A DNA stretch of 64,000 nucleotides from an uncultured delta proteobacterium (GTDB taxonomy: Bacteria; Desulfobacterota; Desulfobaccia; Desulfobaccales; 0-14-0-80-60-11). Positions 19,757 to 28,836 of this stretch are shown here, piece after piece (the stretch's first letter is position 1; every line of letters begins with the position of its first letter). The stretch spans positions 368,381 to 432,380 of the forward strand of contig CAWETI010000002.1 in NCBI GenBank assembly GCA_963812015.1, in the 5' to 3' direction. A program made the position numbers and the translations under genes. The notes below the pieces were generated by a model. The model saw only the letters and a program-made list of their open reading frames with translations. It did not search any database and was not told the DNA's origin.

Positions 19757-20419
19757 TTAATCAATGTGCTCGTGGATGTAATAGAGTACCTTAAACTTGC
19801 TCTCCAGTTCTTTCCGGAGGGTTTTTTCATCCTTTACCTCTTTGGTCCGGATAAATACTCGCCTGAAGCCCTCCGGGGCTCCTTCATATCCCGTTAAGAT
19901 ACTGGCGATCCGGCCGCCGTGGGCCCGGATCACATCGGTGACATTTTTAATCGACCCCGGCTGGTCTGCCAATTCAACGCCCATGGCCAGGGCTCCTTGA
20001 TAAATCCCCGAGATGGAGACAAAAGCCCGAAATATGTCGCCCTTGGTGAGAATTCCGGCTAAGGCGCCGTGCGGGTCCACCACCGGCAAGGCCGAGATAT
20101 GGTGTTTGAGCATGACGGCCGCGGCTTTTTCCACGGTGTCTCCGGGGGCGATCGTATGGAGCTGTTTCGGCATCAGGCTTTTGACCGACACCTTGTCCAG
20201 CAGATAGTACATTTCGTGGATATCCAGAGTGGTGGCCTTGGAAGGCGTGGCCTCTTTCAGGTCCCGGTCAGACACGATGCCCACGAGGCGTCCCTTTTTC
20301 AGAACCGGCAAGTGTTGAATATCATTTTGCTTCATCACCTTGGAGGCCTTCATAATGGAAGTATTCTCGTCAACGGTGATCAAATCTTTGCTCATCCAAT
20401 CCTGCACCGGCATGACCAA
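19757..20419 (-). CDS. CBS-pair + ACT domain protein (AcuB-like)
   Basis: Two CBS repeats (MSKDLITV..., MPKQLHTIAP...) followed by an ACT-like C-terminus. GGAGG RBS. Confidence 0.8.
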   Translation of the reverse strand: MVMPVQDWMSKDLITVDENTSIMKASKVMKQNDIQHLPVLKKGRLVGIVSDRDLKEATPSKATTLDIHEMYYLLDKVSVKSLMPKQLHTIAPGDTVEKAAAVMLKHHISALPVVDPHGALAGILTKGDIFRAFVSISGIYQGALAMGVELADQPGSIKNVTDVIRAHGGRIASILTGYEGAPEGFRRVFIRTKEVKDEKTLRKELESKFKVLYYIHEHID

Positions 20420-20431
20420 CCTCCTCTTCTG

Positions 20432-20502
20432 AGTTCAAGGTTCAAAGTTAAAAGTTAAAGGTTTTTTCTTGAACCTTGAACCTTGAACTTTGAACTTTGA
20501 AC
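20432..20502. repeat. long imperfect hairpin built from tandem 8-nt units (GTTCAARG / CYTTGAAC)
   Basis: Left arm agttcaaggttcaaagttaaaagttaaaggtt, loop tttttc, right arm ttgaaccttgaaccttgaactttgaactttgaac. By hand alignment, 28 of 32 arm positions are complementary. Confidence 0.8.
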
Positions 20503-21212
20503 TAAATGCCCAGATAGGTGCGGCGCACCTCGTCGTTTTTGCTGAGTTCCCGGGCCGGGCCTTCCAGGTGAACCTTGCCTTCGGCCAGGACGTAGGCATA
20601 ATCGCTCACCGCCAGGGCCATGGTGACATTTTGCTCCACCAGGAGCATGGTCAGGCCGGTTTTTTTGAGGCGAGACAGGGCCTCAAACAGGGTGAGGGCC
20701 AGCAAGGGGGAGAGCCCCAGGGAAAGCTCATCCAGCATCAGCACTTCCGGCTCGGCCATCAAGCCCCGACCCACGGCCACCATTTGCTGTTCTCCGCCGC
20801 TCAAGGTGCCGGCCTTCTGGCGGGTCCGTTCTTTGAGGCGGGGAAAGAGTTCGTAGACCTTTTCCAGGTTTTGATTAAAGGTGGCCCGGGCCCGGGGGGA
20901 GAAGGCCCCCATTTCCAGGTTTTCATAAATGGTCATTTCGGTGAACAGTTGGCGGCCTTCGGGCACCAGGACCATGCCGGCCTTGGCCCGGGCATGGGCG
21001 GACAGGTTGGTGACGTCTTCCCCCTGGAAGGATACCGACCCATCGATGGGCCGCATCAGCCCCATCACGGTTTTGAGTAAGGTGGTCTTGCCCACACCGT
21101 TGGAGCCCACCAGGGTGGTGAGTTTGCCCGGTTCCAGCTTGAGGTTGACCCCCCAGAGGATCTGGACGCCTTCGTAGCCCGAGGTAATGTTGTTAACTTC
21201 TAATATAGCCAT
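20502..21212 (-). CDS. livF: branched-chain amino acid ABC transporter ATP-binding protein
   Basis: Walker A GSNGVGKTT, signature LSGGEQQMVA, Walker B LMLDELS. Last gene of the liv-type operon. Confidence 0.9.
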   Translation of the reverse strand: MAILEVNNITSGYEGVQILWGVNLKLEPGKLTTLVGSNGVGKTTLLKTVMGLMRPIDGSVSFQGEDVTNLSAHARAKAGMVLVPEGRQLFTEMTIYENLEMGAFSPRARATFNQNLEKVYELFPRLKERTRQKAGTLSGGEQQMVAVGRGLMAEPEVLMLDELSLGLSPLLALTLFEALSRLKKTGLTMLLVEQNVTMALAVSDYAYVLAEGKVHLEGPARELSKNDEVRRTYLGI

Positions 21213-21217
21213 GGAAT

Positions 21218-21970
21218 CTACTCCGCCAACAGTTGCGCCGTTATTTTGGGATCGCCCAGATAGGCCTCGATTACCAAAGGATTGTTGGCCACAGCTTCGG
21301 GCGCACCGGTGGCGATCAAGGTGCCGTAATCCAGGACCAGGAGCTGATCGGAAATGGACATGATCGCCTGCATGACGTGCTCGATCATGAGGATGGTGAT
21401 CCCTTCATCCCGGATGCCCCGGACCGTTTCCATCATGGCGGCAATCTCCGAAGGGTTGAGGCCGGCCAGAACTTCATCCAGCAGGATCAAATAGGGTTTG
21501 GCGGCCAGGGCCCGGGCCATCTCCAGGCGCTTTTTCTGGGCCACGTTGAGGCTCCCCGCCGGCTGGTCGGCCCGGTCGATCAGGCCCACCTGGGTCAAGG
21601 CGCCATCGGCCAGGCGGGCTGAGGCGCGCAGACCGTGCCGTTCCCGGCCGAAACAGGCTCCCACCATAACGTTTTCCCGGACCGTGAGATCGGTGAGGGG
21701 GCGCACCACCTGGTGGGCCCGAGCCATGCCCCGCCGGGCCACCTCATAGGAGGGCAGGCGGGTGATATCCTCGCCCCGGAAGATTACCTGGCCGCGCTCC
21801 GGAGTATAGACCCCATTGATGACGTTAAACAGGGTAGTTTTGCCGGCGCCGTTGGGTCCGATGAGGCCCAAGATCTGCCCTTCCGGTAGATCAAAGGTGA
21901 CATCGGTCAGGGCCTGGAGGCCGCCGAACCTTTTGGAGACTTCCTTGACCTGCAGCATGGCGGCACTCAT
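21218..21970 (-). CDS. livG: branched-chain amino acid ABC transporter ATP-binding protein
   Basis: Walker A GPNGAGKTT, LivG-type C-terminal extension, Walker B ILLDEVLAG. Confidence 0.9.
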   Translation of the reverse strand: MSAAMLQVKEVSKRFGGLQALTDVTFDLPEGQILGLIGPNGAGKTTLFNVINGVYTPERGQVIFRGEDITRLPSYEVARRGMARAHQVVRPLTDLTVRENVMVGACFGRERHGLRASARLADGALTQVGLIDRADQPAGSLNVAQKKRLEMARALAAKPYLILLDEVLAGLNPSEIAAMMETVRGIRDEGITILMIEHVMQAIMSISDQLLVLDYGTLIATGAPEAVANNPLVIEAYLGDPKITAQLLAE

Positions 21971-22935
21971 TCCAGCACCCTCCGGAGGCGCGGGAAGCGC
22001 TCCCGCAGCCAGCCCACCGCCCCTCCCGGCACAAAGAGCACGATGACCAAAAGGATGCCCCCGGACAGGGCCAGGTGGAGGTTCTTGAAGAGCGGGCTGA
22101 CCAACAGGTAACCCCGCAGCCGTTCATAGGCGAAGGCTCCCACAACGGGCCCCAGCACCAGACCTTTGCCCCCCAGCATCACCATCACCAGGATTTCTAA
22201 AGACATCTGAAAGCGGAAGGCATCCTCCGGTTCCACGTTACCGTTTTTGAAGAAGTATAACGTCCCGACCAAACCGGGAAAAAACGCCGACAGGGCAAAA
22301 GCCTTGGTTTTATCCCAGGGGGCTTTCACCCCCATCACCATGGCGGCGTCCTCGTCCTCCCGGATGGCGATCAGACCCAGGCCGAAGCGGGAATGTTTCA
22401 CCAGGTAGCTGACCACCACGGTACCAATGGCAACGAGCCAGAGGAGGGTGAAAATCCACCACAAGGCCGGGCCGGCGCCGCCATACTTATCGTAAGCCGA
22501 AAAATTGACATACAATCCGGTGGAGCCGCCGAAGGGCTCGAAATTGGCCACAAAGGCCCGGGCCGCCTCATTAATGCCGATGGTGGCCAGGGCGAAGTAA
22601 GCGCCCCTAAGCCGCAGCACCGCGCTCCCGATGGCAATGGCCACAACGACCGACAGGCACCCCCCACCCAACATGGACAGGTACAGCGGCCACCCCTGTT
22701 CGCTGAGCAGATAAAAACCGAAATACCCGCCCAGGCCGAAAAAGACGATGTGGCCGAAATTTACATAGCCGGTGTAACCCATGATGATGTTGAGGCTGGA
22801 GGCCAGAGCCACAAACATGAGCACCGTGAAGGCGGTCTCTCGCAGGGTGTCCTGACGGATGATGAGGACAATGGCCCCGCCCACGGTGACTAAAAGAATA
22901 TTCAGCCAGAAGCCTGGTTGTCGCCAGAAGTTCAT
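21967..22935 (-). CDS. livM: branched-chain amino acid ABC transporter permease
   Basis: Polytopic membrane protein with the LivM pattern (GYTGYVNFGHIVFFGLGGY). Overlaps livG by 4 nt. Confidence 0.9.
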   Translation of the reverse strand: MNFWRQPGFWLNILLVTVGGAIVLIIRQDTLRETAFTVLMFVALASSLNIIMGYTGYVNFGHIVFFGLGGYFGFYLLSEQGWPLYLSMLGGGCLSVVVAIAIGSAVLRLRGAYFALATIGINEAARAFVANFEPFGGSTGLYVNFSAYDKYGGAGPALWWIFTLLWLVAIGTVVVSYLVKHSRFGLGLIAIREDEDAAMVMGVKAPWDKTKAFALSAFFPGLVGTLYFFKNGNVEPEDAFRFQMSLEILVMVMLGGKGLVLGPVVGAFAYERLRGYLLVSPLFKNLHLALSGGILLVIVLFVPGGAVGWLRERFPRLRRVLE

Positions 22936-23793
22936 TTACTTGGCTCCCATAATCCCGGTGGGCCGGACCACCAAGACCAGGACGAAGAGGCCAAATTCCA
23001 CCACCGGCACCCAACTGACCGGCATAAAGATGGGCACGATGCCCTCCAGACCGCCCAAGATCAGCCCACCGAAGAGGGCCCCTAGGGGATTGCCCAAGCC
23101 GCCCAGGACGCAGATGACGAAGGACTTCAACTGGTAAGTGCTGCCGCTCAAGATGGTAAAGGGGAAAAAGGTGGAGGTCAAACCGCCGGCCACTGCCGCG
23201 AGCATGGTCCCCAAACCAAAGGTCAGGGCCAGGATCTTGGCGGAGGGGATGCCCATCAACTCCGCCGCGGCCCGATTATCGGAGACGGCGCGAATGGCCT
23301 TGCCCGGCCGGGTAAAATAGAGAAACAGGTAAAGGGCTCCCGTCATGACCAGAGAGGCCGCGGCCGCCAACAGTCGAGTCCCTTGCAGGATTATGGGCCC
23401 CAAAACAATGGAACCCAAAGAAAAATCTACATTTTGAGGCGAAGTGCTGAATACCGTGGTCCCGATGCCGATAATGATCATATTGACGGCAAAGGTGCCT
23501 AATAAGGTATACAGGTAGCCGGCCTGGATGACCCGAGCCAGCGACACGATATAAACGATGACCCCAAAAATCAGGGCCATGACCACCAGCAGCAGCAACC
23601 CGATATAGGGGTTAACTCTCGCACCGGTAAAGAGGAGGTAGATGGTAAACATCCCCAGGGCCATGGTGGCGCCATGGGCCAGGTTGATCACCCGCATTAC
23701 TCCCCAGATTAACGACAGACCCATGGCGGCGATGCCGTAGACAAAGCCGATGAGCAAACCATCCACAACCGAAGCTGTTATCTGTCCAAACAC
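22936..23793 (-). CDS. livH: branched-chain amino acid ABC transporter permease
   Basis: LivH pattern (INLAHGATMALGMF, DNRAAAELMGI). Abuts livM. Confidence 0.9.
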   Translation of the reverse strand: MFGQITASVVDGLLIGFVYGIAAMGLSLIWGVMRVINLAHGATMALGMFTIYLLFTGARVNPYIGLLLLVVMALIFGVIVYIVSLARVIQAGYLYTLLGTFAVNMIIIGIGTTVFSTSPQNVDFSLGSIVLGPIILQGTRLLAAAASLVMTGALYLFLYFTRPGKAIRAVSDNRAAAELMGIPSAKILALTFGLGTMLAAVAGGLTSTFFPFTILSGSTYQLKSFVICVLGGLGNPLGALFGGLILGGLEGIVPIFMPVSWVPVVEFGLFVLVLVVRPTGIMGAK

Positions 23794-23863
23794 GATGAAT
23801 TCCTTTCCCAGGGCTGCCCTGCCACTATCGGGCTTGATAATGGCAGGGCAGGCAGGCTAAGGG

Positions 23864-25129
23864 CTAGCGGGCCGGAAGGAGGAAAGGCGACCCGGTTGCT
23901 GCGGCCGGCGGCCAAACGGCTACTTTTTCCGGTTTGCCTTGCTTATCCTTCTGCCATTGGATGTAGATCATTTCGTGGCCTTCCTGGAGGCCGTGAAGTT
24001 TGCCGGTGTTGAACTTGATGCGGCCATAGAAGGTATACATATCTTCCTTATCAATGGCGGCCTTGACTTTCTCCGTGTCGGTGGAGCCGGCGCTCTCGAT
24101 GGCTTTCTGCAGGATCAAGCCGGCGGCATAGCCTCCGGCGCTGTGGTAGGACGGTTCTTCCTTCCCGTATTTAGCCTCATACAGCTTGAGGAATTCCGGG
24201 ACGGTGGGGCCGAACCACTCGATATTCTCCGCCTTGGCGGCCTCAGGGGTGTACTTGGCCATAGGTTCCCACTGGCTGGAGCCGATCACCCCAATACAGG
24301 CTTCTCCCAATTCGGCAAACTTGGGCTCCGGCGGGGCCACCAGCAAGGCGATCATCTTGGTGGGGACCTTTTTCTCATAGAGCTGCCGGGCAAAGGTGGT
24401 GGTGTCGGCAAAGTGGCCGCCGCCCATCACCGCGTCGCCCCCGGCGGGAATCTTGTTGATGAAGGGGGCGAAGTCGGTGGTGCCGCTGTCATAACCTTCA
24501 AACAGCGGTACCTGCATGCCTTTACCTTCCGCATATTTCTTCAGGCCATTCACCACGTCGGTGGAGAACTTGTCGTTCTCATGGATGATGGCCATCTTTT
24601 TGGCCTTGGGGTCGAGCTTGAGCAAAAGATCCACGGCGCCGGTCAGGTAGCGGCTGGCGGGGGTATAGGTCATGTAGACCAAAGTGTAGCCTTTTTTATA
24701 GGTGGAATCGGAGGATGCCCCCGTGGCTATCATAATTTTCTTATACTGTTGGGCGATGACCGCGGCCGCATCGGCCAGACCGCTGCTGTAGGGGCTGATC
24801 AGGAAGTCGGACTTGTCGGTGCTGATGAGCCGGGTATAGAGTTCCTGCACCCGGTCCTTATTGCTCTCATCATCATAATACTTGGTCTCCACCTTGATTT
24901 TGGAGCCGTCGGGCATCTTGATGCCCCCGGCCTTGTTGACCTGCTCGACCCATAAGTTCAAGCCGTTGATCTGGCGGGTGGCTTCTACATTGAGCTTACC
25001 GGTCTTGGAGGCGGTAAAGCCGATGAGGATGGTTTTATCTGCGGCGGTGGCAGGGTTTGGTGCGGTTGTGGTTCCCAGTACTAAGCCCAAGGCAACTATG
25101 CAGGCAACGAATACCAGCGACCGTTTCAT
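23864..25129 (-). CDS. ABC transporter periplasmic substrate-binding protein (LivK/amide-urea family type I PBP)
   Basis: Signal peptide. 421 aa with a type I periplasmic binding-protein pattern. First gene of the liv operon. Confidence 0.85.
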   Translation of the reverse strand: MKRSLVFVACIVALGLVLGTTTAPNPATAADKTILIGFTASKTGKLNVEATRQINGLNLWVEQVNKAGGIKMPDGSKIKVETKYYDDESNKDRVQELYTRLISTDKSDFLISPYSSGLADAAAVIAQQYKKIMIATGASSDSTYKKGYTLVYMTYTPASRYLTGAVDLLLKLDPKAKKMAIIHENDKFSTDVVNGLKKYAEGKGMQVPLFEGYDSGTTDFAPFINKIPAGGDAVMGGGHFADTTTFARQLYEKKVPTKMIALLVAPPEPKFAELGEACIGVIGSSQWEPMAKYTPEAAKAENIEWFGPTVPEFLKLYEAKYGKEEPSYHSAGGYAAGLILQKAIESAGSTDTEKVKAAIDKEDMYTFYGRIKFNTGKLHGLQEGHEMIYIQWQKDKQGKPEKVAVWPPAAATGSPFLLPAR

Positions 25130-25234
25130 ATTCCCTCCTTATTTATGAGTGTTGACTGGTTAACCTCCGTCCAGTAAGGCTGCGGAATTGTCCGGCCAAA
25201 ACCCCGCTCTATCTTTAAGTCATTAAGTCATTTG

Positions 25235-25264
25235 TATATACCCCATTGATGGAATTTTTATCAA
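25235..25264 (-). promoter_or_regulatory. candidate sigma-70 promoter of the liv operon
   Basis: On the minus strand: TTGATA - 18 nt - TATATA, about 100 nt upstream of the binding-protein gene. Confidence 0.3.
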
Positions 25265-25357
25265 GAGAAACTTGCCCAAAATTATGGTTAGAGGGCCAAT
25301 CCATGGAGCCGGGACTTGCATGAGAGGGGCTGATGCCCCCGGCCGCGGCAAACCGGC

Positions 25358-25897
25358 TCACCGCAGGTAGGGGCGCAGAAAGTCCATGCCTTTCTGGGGG
25401 GTGGCCTCCCCCTGGAATTTGAAGGGAATGGGGATAATACCTCCCATTACGGAAGCAAGGCGGAAGCTGCCGGCGATCTGGTAGTGAAACGGGCGTTGCT
25501 GTTGCTGCTTTTGCAGCATGGGGAGGAACTGGGGCAAGAGCCCCATGACTGCGGGCAGCTTCACCAAAATGGGGACCCTGGCCACCGTCTGGCCGCCGGC
25601 CGGCAGGTCCACCGCCTCTTCACTGGCCCCCTGGGCCACGGGCTGGCCTTCCAGTTGCAACTCATAATCGTAGCCCTTGAGGTTAAGGGGCTGGGCGTTG
25701 GGATTGGTCAGGAGGAGCGTCACGGCCAGGGGCCAGCCCCGGGAGGTGGGCTGGCCTACGGTAAGTCCCTGCCAGCTCACTTTCGGGGGCTGGATTTCCC
25801 CGGTGGTCAGTTGCCGGACTCCGCAGGCCGGAATGGTCGCCAGGAGCATCAGCCCCAGGAAAGTCGCGAGATAGGTTCGCCGAAGACGGGAGTGCAT
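25358..25897 (-). CDS. LEA_2 (LEA14/WHy-like) domain lipoprotein
   Basis: Lipobox LLATIPAC. Pattern L.V.NPN...L.L.G.DY.L.L.G..VA.G typical of the LEA_2 family. ATG at 25897. Confidence 0.65.
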   Translation of the reverse strand: MHSRLRRTYLATFLGLMLLATIPACGVRQLTTGEIQPPKVSWQGLTVGQPTSRGWPLAVTLLLTNPNAQPLNLKGYDYELQLEGQPVAQGASEEAVDLPAGGQTVARVPILVKLPAVMGLLPQFLPMLQKQQQQRPFHYQIAGSFRLASVMGGIIPIPFKFQGEATPQKGMDFLRPYLR

Positions 25898-26084
25898 CGC
25901 GGTGGATAACTCCTCTAAGCAACCGGGGCCATGCGCCTGTGGGCCTGACCCCATAAGTTACCTGAGGAGTATATCACATTGAGACTTCTGAAGAAGTGTC
26001 TTGCGGGAAGGGCCGGCAATGTTTCCCCTGGACTTTTCGGCCCTTCCCCTTATGAGACGGGCGCTGGGATATAACCAAACGGTA

Positions 26085-26459
26085 TTATTTGCTTCTCGCA
26101 GCCGCTGCCATGGCCGGGGTGACGGCCGGGGCCCGGTTTGACCAGGCCTGCCGGATGTAGGTCACCACCGCCGCAATCTGCTGGTCGTTGAGCGTATCTT
26201 TCCAAGTCGGCATCTGCCCCAGAAGCCCTTTGCGACCTTTCAGGACGGTGGCGATCACCGCCTTGGGGTCACCCGCCACGAAAGGATTTTTATTCAAGGC
26301 CGGAAAGGTGGCGGGGAGCCCCTGGCCATTGCTGCGGTGGCACTGGGCGCAATTATCCTCAAAGACCGTCTTGCCTTGGCTGGCCAGGTCACCGGGTTCC
26401 TGGGCCCAGGCGCCTGAGATCGCGAGCATCAGGCTCGCCAGGATGAGAAATGTCCTCAT
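26085..26459 (-). CDS. class I monohaem c-type cytochrome (c553/c6-like)
   Basis: Signal peptide, single CAQCH haem motif, distal Met region (GQMPTW). ATGA overlap with the nrfA stop. Confidence 0.85.
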   Translation of the reverse strand: MRTFLILASLMLAISGAWAQEPGDLASQGKTVFEDNCAQCHRSNGQGLPATFPALNKNPFVAGDPKAVIATVLKGRKGLLGQMPTWKDTLNDQQIAAVVTYIRQAWSNRAPAVTPAMAAAARSK

Positions 26460-27955
26460 TTTGCTGCCACCGGCAGCCCCAGGGAAGCCGGAGGAGTCAG
26501 CATATTCTGGATTCCGAAAGGATCCTTGAACTCCTCAGCAGGCTTGAAGTTCAGCTTCTTCACCCCCCGGTTCTGGAGGTATTTGGCCAGGTCAAGTTGC
26601 ACGTCCACCGGCTCCGGCACCCCCGCTTGGGCTAGCGCCTGGCGCAGCAGGGCGCTGCTCTTTTCCGCAAAGGCCACCGAGTCGCCGCAGATGCGGGAGG
26701 CTTCCACGGGGTTGTGGAAGCCCGCCGAATTTTCGGCGCCGATGAAATTCAACCGGTAAAAGGCTTCCAGGTACAGGTCTTTGGCCTGGTCGTACATACC
26801 CTTGTCAATATTCTTCCCGTCGGCCTGGGCCTTGTGCACCGCCTCAAAGAGCCTGGCCGCCACTGCGTTGGCGTAGCCCGCCCGGAGCAACAGCGAGGTA
26901 ACACGATCCTGAATGGCCAGGACCCGGGCCTTCAGCCAGTCGGCGGACTCGGCGTGGCACTGCTGGCAGGCCACCATCCCCTGCCACAGGGGGCTGCCCA
27001 CGTTGTGGTTGGAAATCTTGTTGACACCCACCCGGGTGTACTGCATGTGGCAGTCGGCGCAGGCCACGTTGGCGTTCCAGTGCGTGCTGTTCCTGCTATA
27101 CAACTCAAACTCGGGATGACGACAAAAGGCCAGCTTGAAACCGGTGACATTCTGCTTCCACTCCAGGAGGGCGGGATCGCTTTTGAGAATCTTGATGATG
27201 TTCTCGATGGAGATGTTCCCCATCTTGCTGCCTTTCCAGGGGAAAAAGACCCCCACGGACTTCATGTCCTTGTCTTTGGGGATGTTGTAGGTCACGTGGC
27301 ATTGGGCGCACACCAGGCTCCGTTTTTCCTGGCGGCTGGCGGTGACCGGGTCGAAGTTCATGTCCTTGAGGGCATTATCCAGGGTCCACCGGGAAATCCT
27401 CAGGTCCATGGTCTTGTTGTCGTGGCAGTCGATGCACATCACCCCCATGCGCTGGTACTGGGCCGGGATCTTGGCGTGGACGTCCATGTAGGGGTCTTTG
27501 AAATAGTTGACCCCCATCTCCTTCATAAACTTGGGAGCAAAGGGGGTCTTGCAGGTGAGGCAGACGCCGCCGGCCTTGAGCCGGGAAGGGTCGATCTCCA
27601 GCTGATCGATGAGCATGTAATAATGGCCCCGGATCTCGTTGTACTCGACGCCGAAGCCCCAGCCGTTGAAGAGCAAGGCCATGAACGGGTATTCGCTCAG
27701 TTTGTCGAATTTTTCGCCGCCGGTCCAACCCTTGCGGTATTTGCTCAACCCCGGAGGATTGGGGTCTTTGCTTTTGAGCCAGGAATCATACTCCAGGGGA
27801 TAGGCCTGGCCCCACACCGCGGGGTCGTATTCGCCGTCGGGAATGCTCACCGTCTTCACCGGCTCGGACTTGGGCGGCGAGCACGTGCCCGCCAGGACTA
27901 CCATGCCAGCCAGGATCACTACCCAGATAGCCAAGCTAACGGCCTTCCGTTTCAT
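26456..27955 (-). CDS. nrfA: ammonia-forming pentahaem cytochrome c nitrite reductase
   Basis: Diagnostic CLTCK (CxxCK) active-site haem motif plus CIDCH, CAQCH, CADCH, CQQCH. Signal/anchor MKRKAVSLAIWVVILAG. Alternative starts at 27967/27973. Confidence 0.9.
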   Translation of the reverse strand: MKRKAVSLAIWVVILAGMVVLAGTCSPPKSEPVKTVSIPDGEYDPAVWGQAYPLEYDSWLKSKDPNPPGLSKYRKGWTGGEKFDKLSEYPFMALLFNGWGFGVEYNEIRGHYYMLIDQLEIDPSRLKAGGVCLTCKTPFAPKFMKEMGVNYFKDPYMDVHAKIPAQYQRMGVMCIDCHDNKTMDLRISRWTLDNALKDMNFDPVTASRQEKRSLVCAQCHVTYNIPKDKDMKSVGVFFPWKGSKMGNISIENIIKILKSDPALLEWKQNVTGFKLAFCRHPEFELYSRNSTHWNANVACADCHMQYTRVGVNKISNHNVGSPLWQGMVACQQCHAESADWLKARVLAIQDRVTSLLLRAGYANAVAARLFEAVHKAQADGKNIDKGMYDQAKDLYLEAFYRLNFIGAENSAGFHNPVEASRICGDSVAFAEKSSALLRQALAQAGVPEPVDVQLDLAKYLQNRGVKKLNFKPAEEFKDPFGIQNMLTPPASLGLPVAAK

Positions 27956-27975
27956 AGCCTTTTCCATCCTCATGC

Positions 27976-28443
27976 TTAGGGGTTTCGAGTCTCTATGGTG
28001 CCGGTAAGCTTGTGGGACATGCGGCGATGGCAATCCCAACAGCGACGGTTTTCGTTGATCCGGGCCAGGAGTTCGGCATGGCAGCGGCGGCAATTAGCCT
28101 CCACCACCGCGGCGCCGCGCTCGGAGATGCGGATGGTTTCGGAGATGCGGCCCGTATGAAAAGCCAGGGTGTCCTGGACGCCTTCCACCGACTTCCAAAA
28201 CAGGTGGTTCGCCAGATTGTTGTTAGGCAGGTGGCAATCAATGCACTTGATGTTTTGATGGGCGCCGGAGTGAAACCAGGACTCGTATTCCGGCTGCAAC
28301 ACGTGGCAACTGCCGCAGAACTCCGGACTCTCGGATTTGGCATAGAGGCCTGGGGAGCCAAAGGCCACGTAGGCGCCGACAACCGCCATGGCCACCACGG
28401 CGGCCAGCACCGAGAGAAGGAATTTTTTTTGAGAAAGGGCCAT
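27976..28443 (-). CDS. nrfH: NapC/NirT-family tetrahaem cytochrome c quinol dehydrogenase
   Basis: N-terminal TM helix and four CxxCH motifs (CGSCH, CIDCH, CRRCH, CWDCH). Immediately upstream of nrfA. Confidence 0.9.
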   Translation of the reverse strand: MALSQKKFLLSVLAAVVAMAVVGAYVAFGSPGLYAKSESPEFCGSCHVLQPEYESWFHSGAHQNIKCIDCHLPNNNLANHLFWKSVEGVQDTLAFHTGRISETIRISERGAAVVEANCRRCHAELLARINENRRCWDCHRRMSHKLTGTIETRNP

Positions 28444-28753
28444 GAGAATTCCTTCAGTTGAGTCGGGAGAGCCGGACCGGCGGTTAGAGGCCTGAGACGC
28501 CTCTCCGGCCAGCCATCCATGAATCGGTCAGCCGGGATATCCCTTATCGGGCCTGATGATCGGCCACGGAAGAAGATACCGGGAGACCCTCTCAGGTGGA
28601 AGCAGGATACTGCACCCCCCGCGTAAAGGCAAATATATTTTCAATTATGGGTACTATTGTGTAGGGAAAGTGCCGATGGGGGCTCTTTAAATAAACAGTA
28701 TATTAAGATAGTTACCCAGATAGACCGGGGCTGGTGGCATCCCCGGAGGCTGT

Positions 28754-28782
28754 TATAGGGGCGGTTCGCGAACCGACCTACA
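28754..28782. repeat. second copy of the TAGGGGCGGTTCGCGAAC..CCTACA palindromic core
   Basis: tataggggcggttcgcgaaccgacctaca versus tgtaggggcggttcgcgaactgcccctaca at 3174-3203. Confidence 0.75.
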
Positions 28783-28836
28783 AAAACCTCCCAAACATGG
28801 GGAAAAATTTTTGAAAGATATACCTGGGACGCAACC

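Noticed and set aside
20432-20502. Possible CRISPR array, because of short tandem repeats.
   Set aside because: The units are 8 nt with no spacers and the two halves are mutually complementary. It is a hairpin microsatellite, not a CRISPR, and no cas genes are present in the window.
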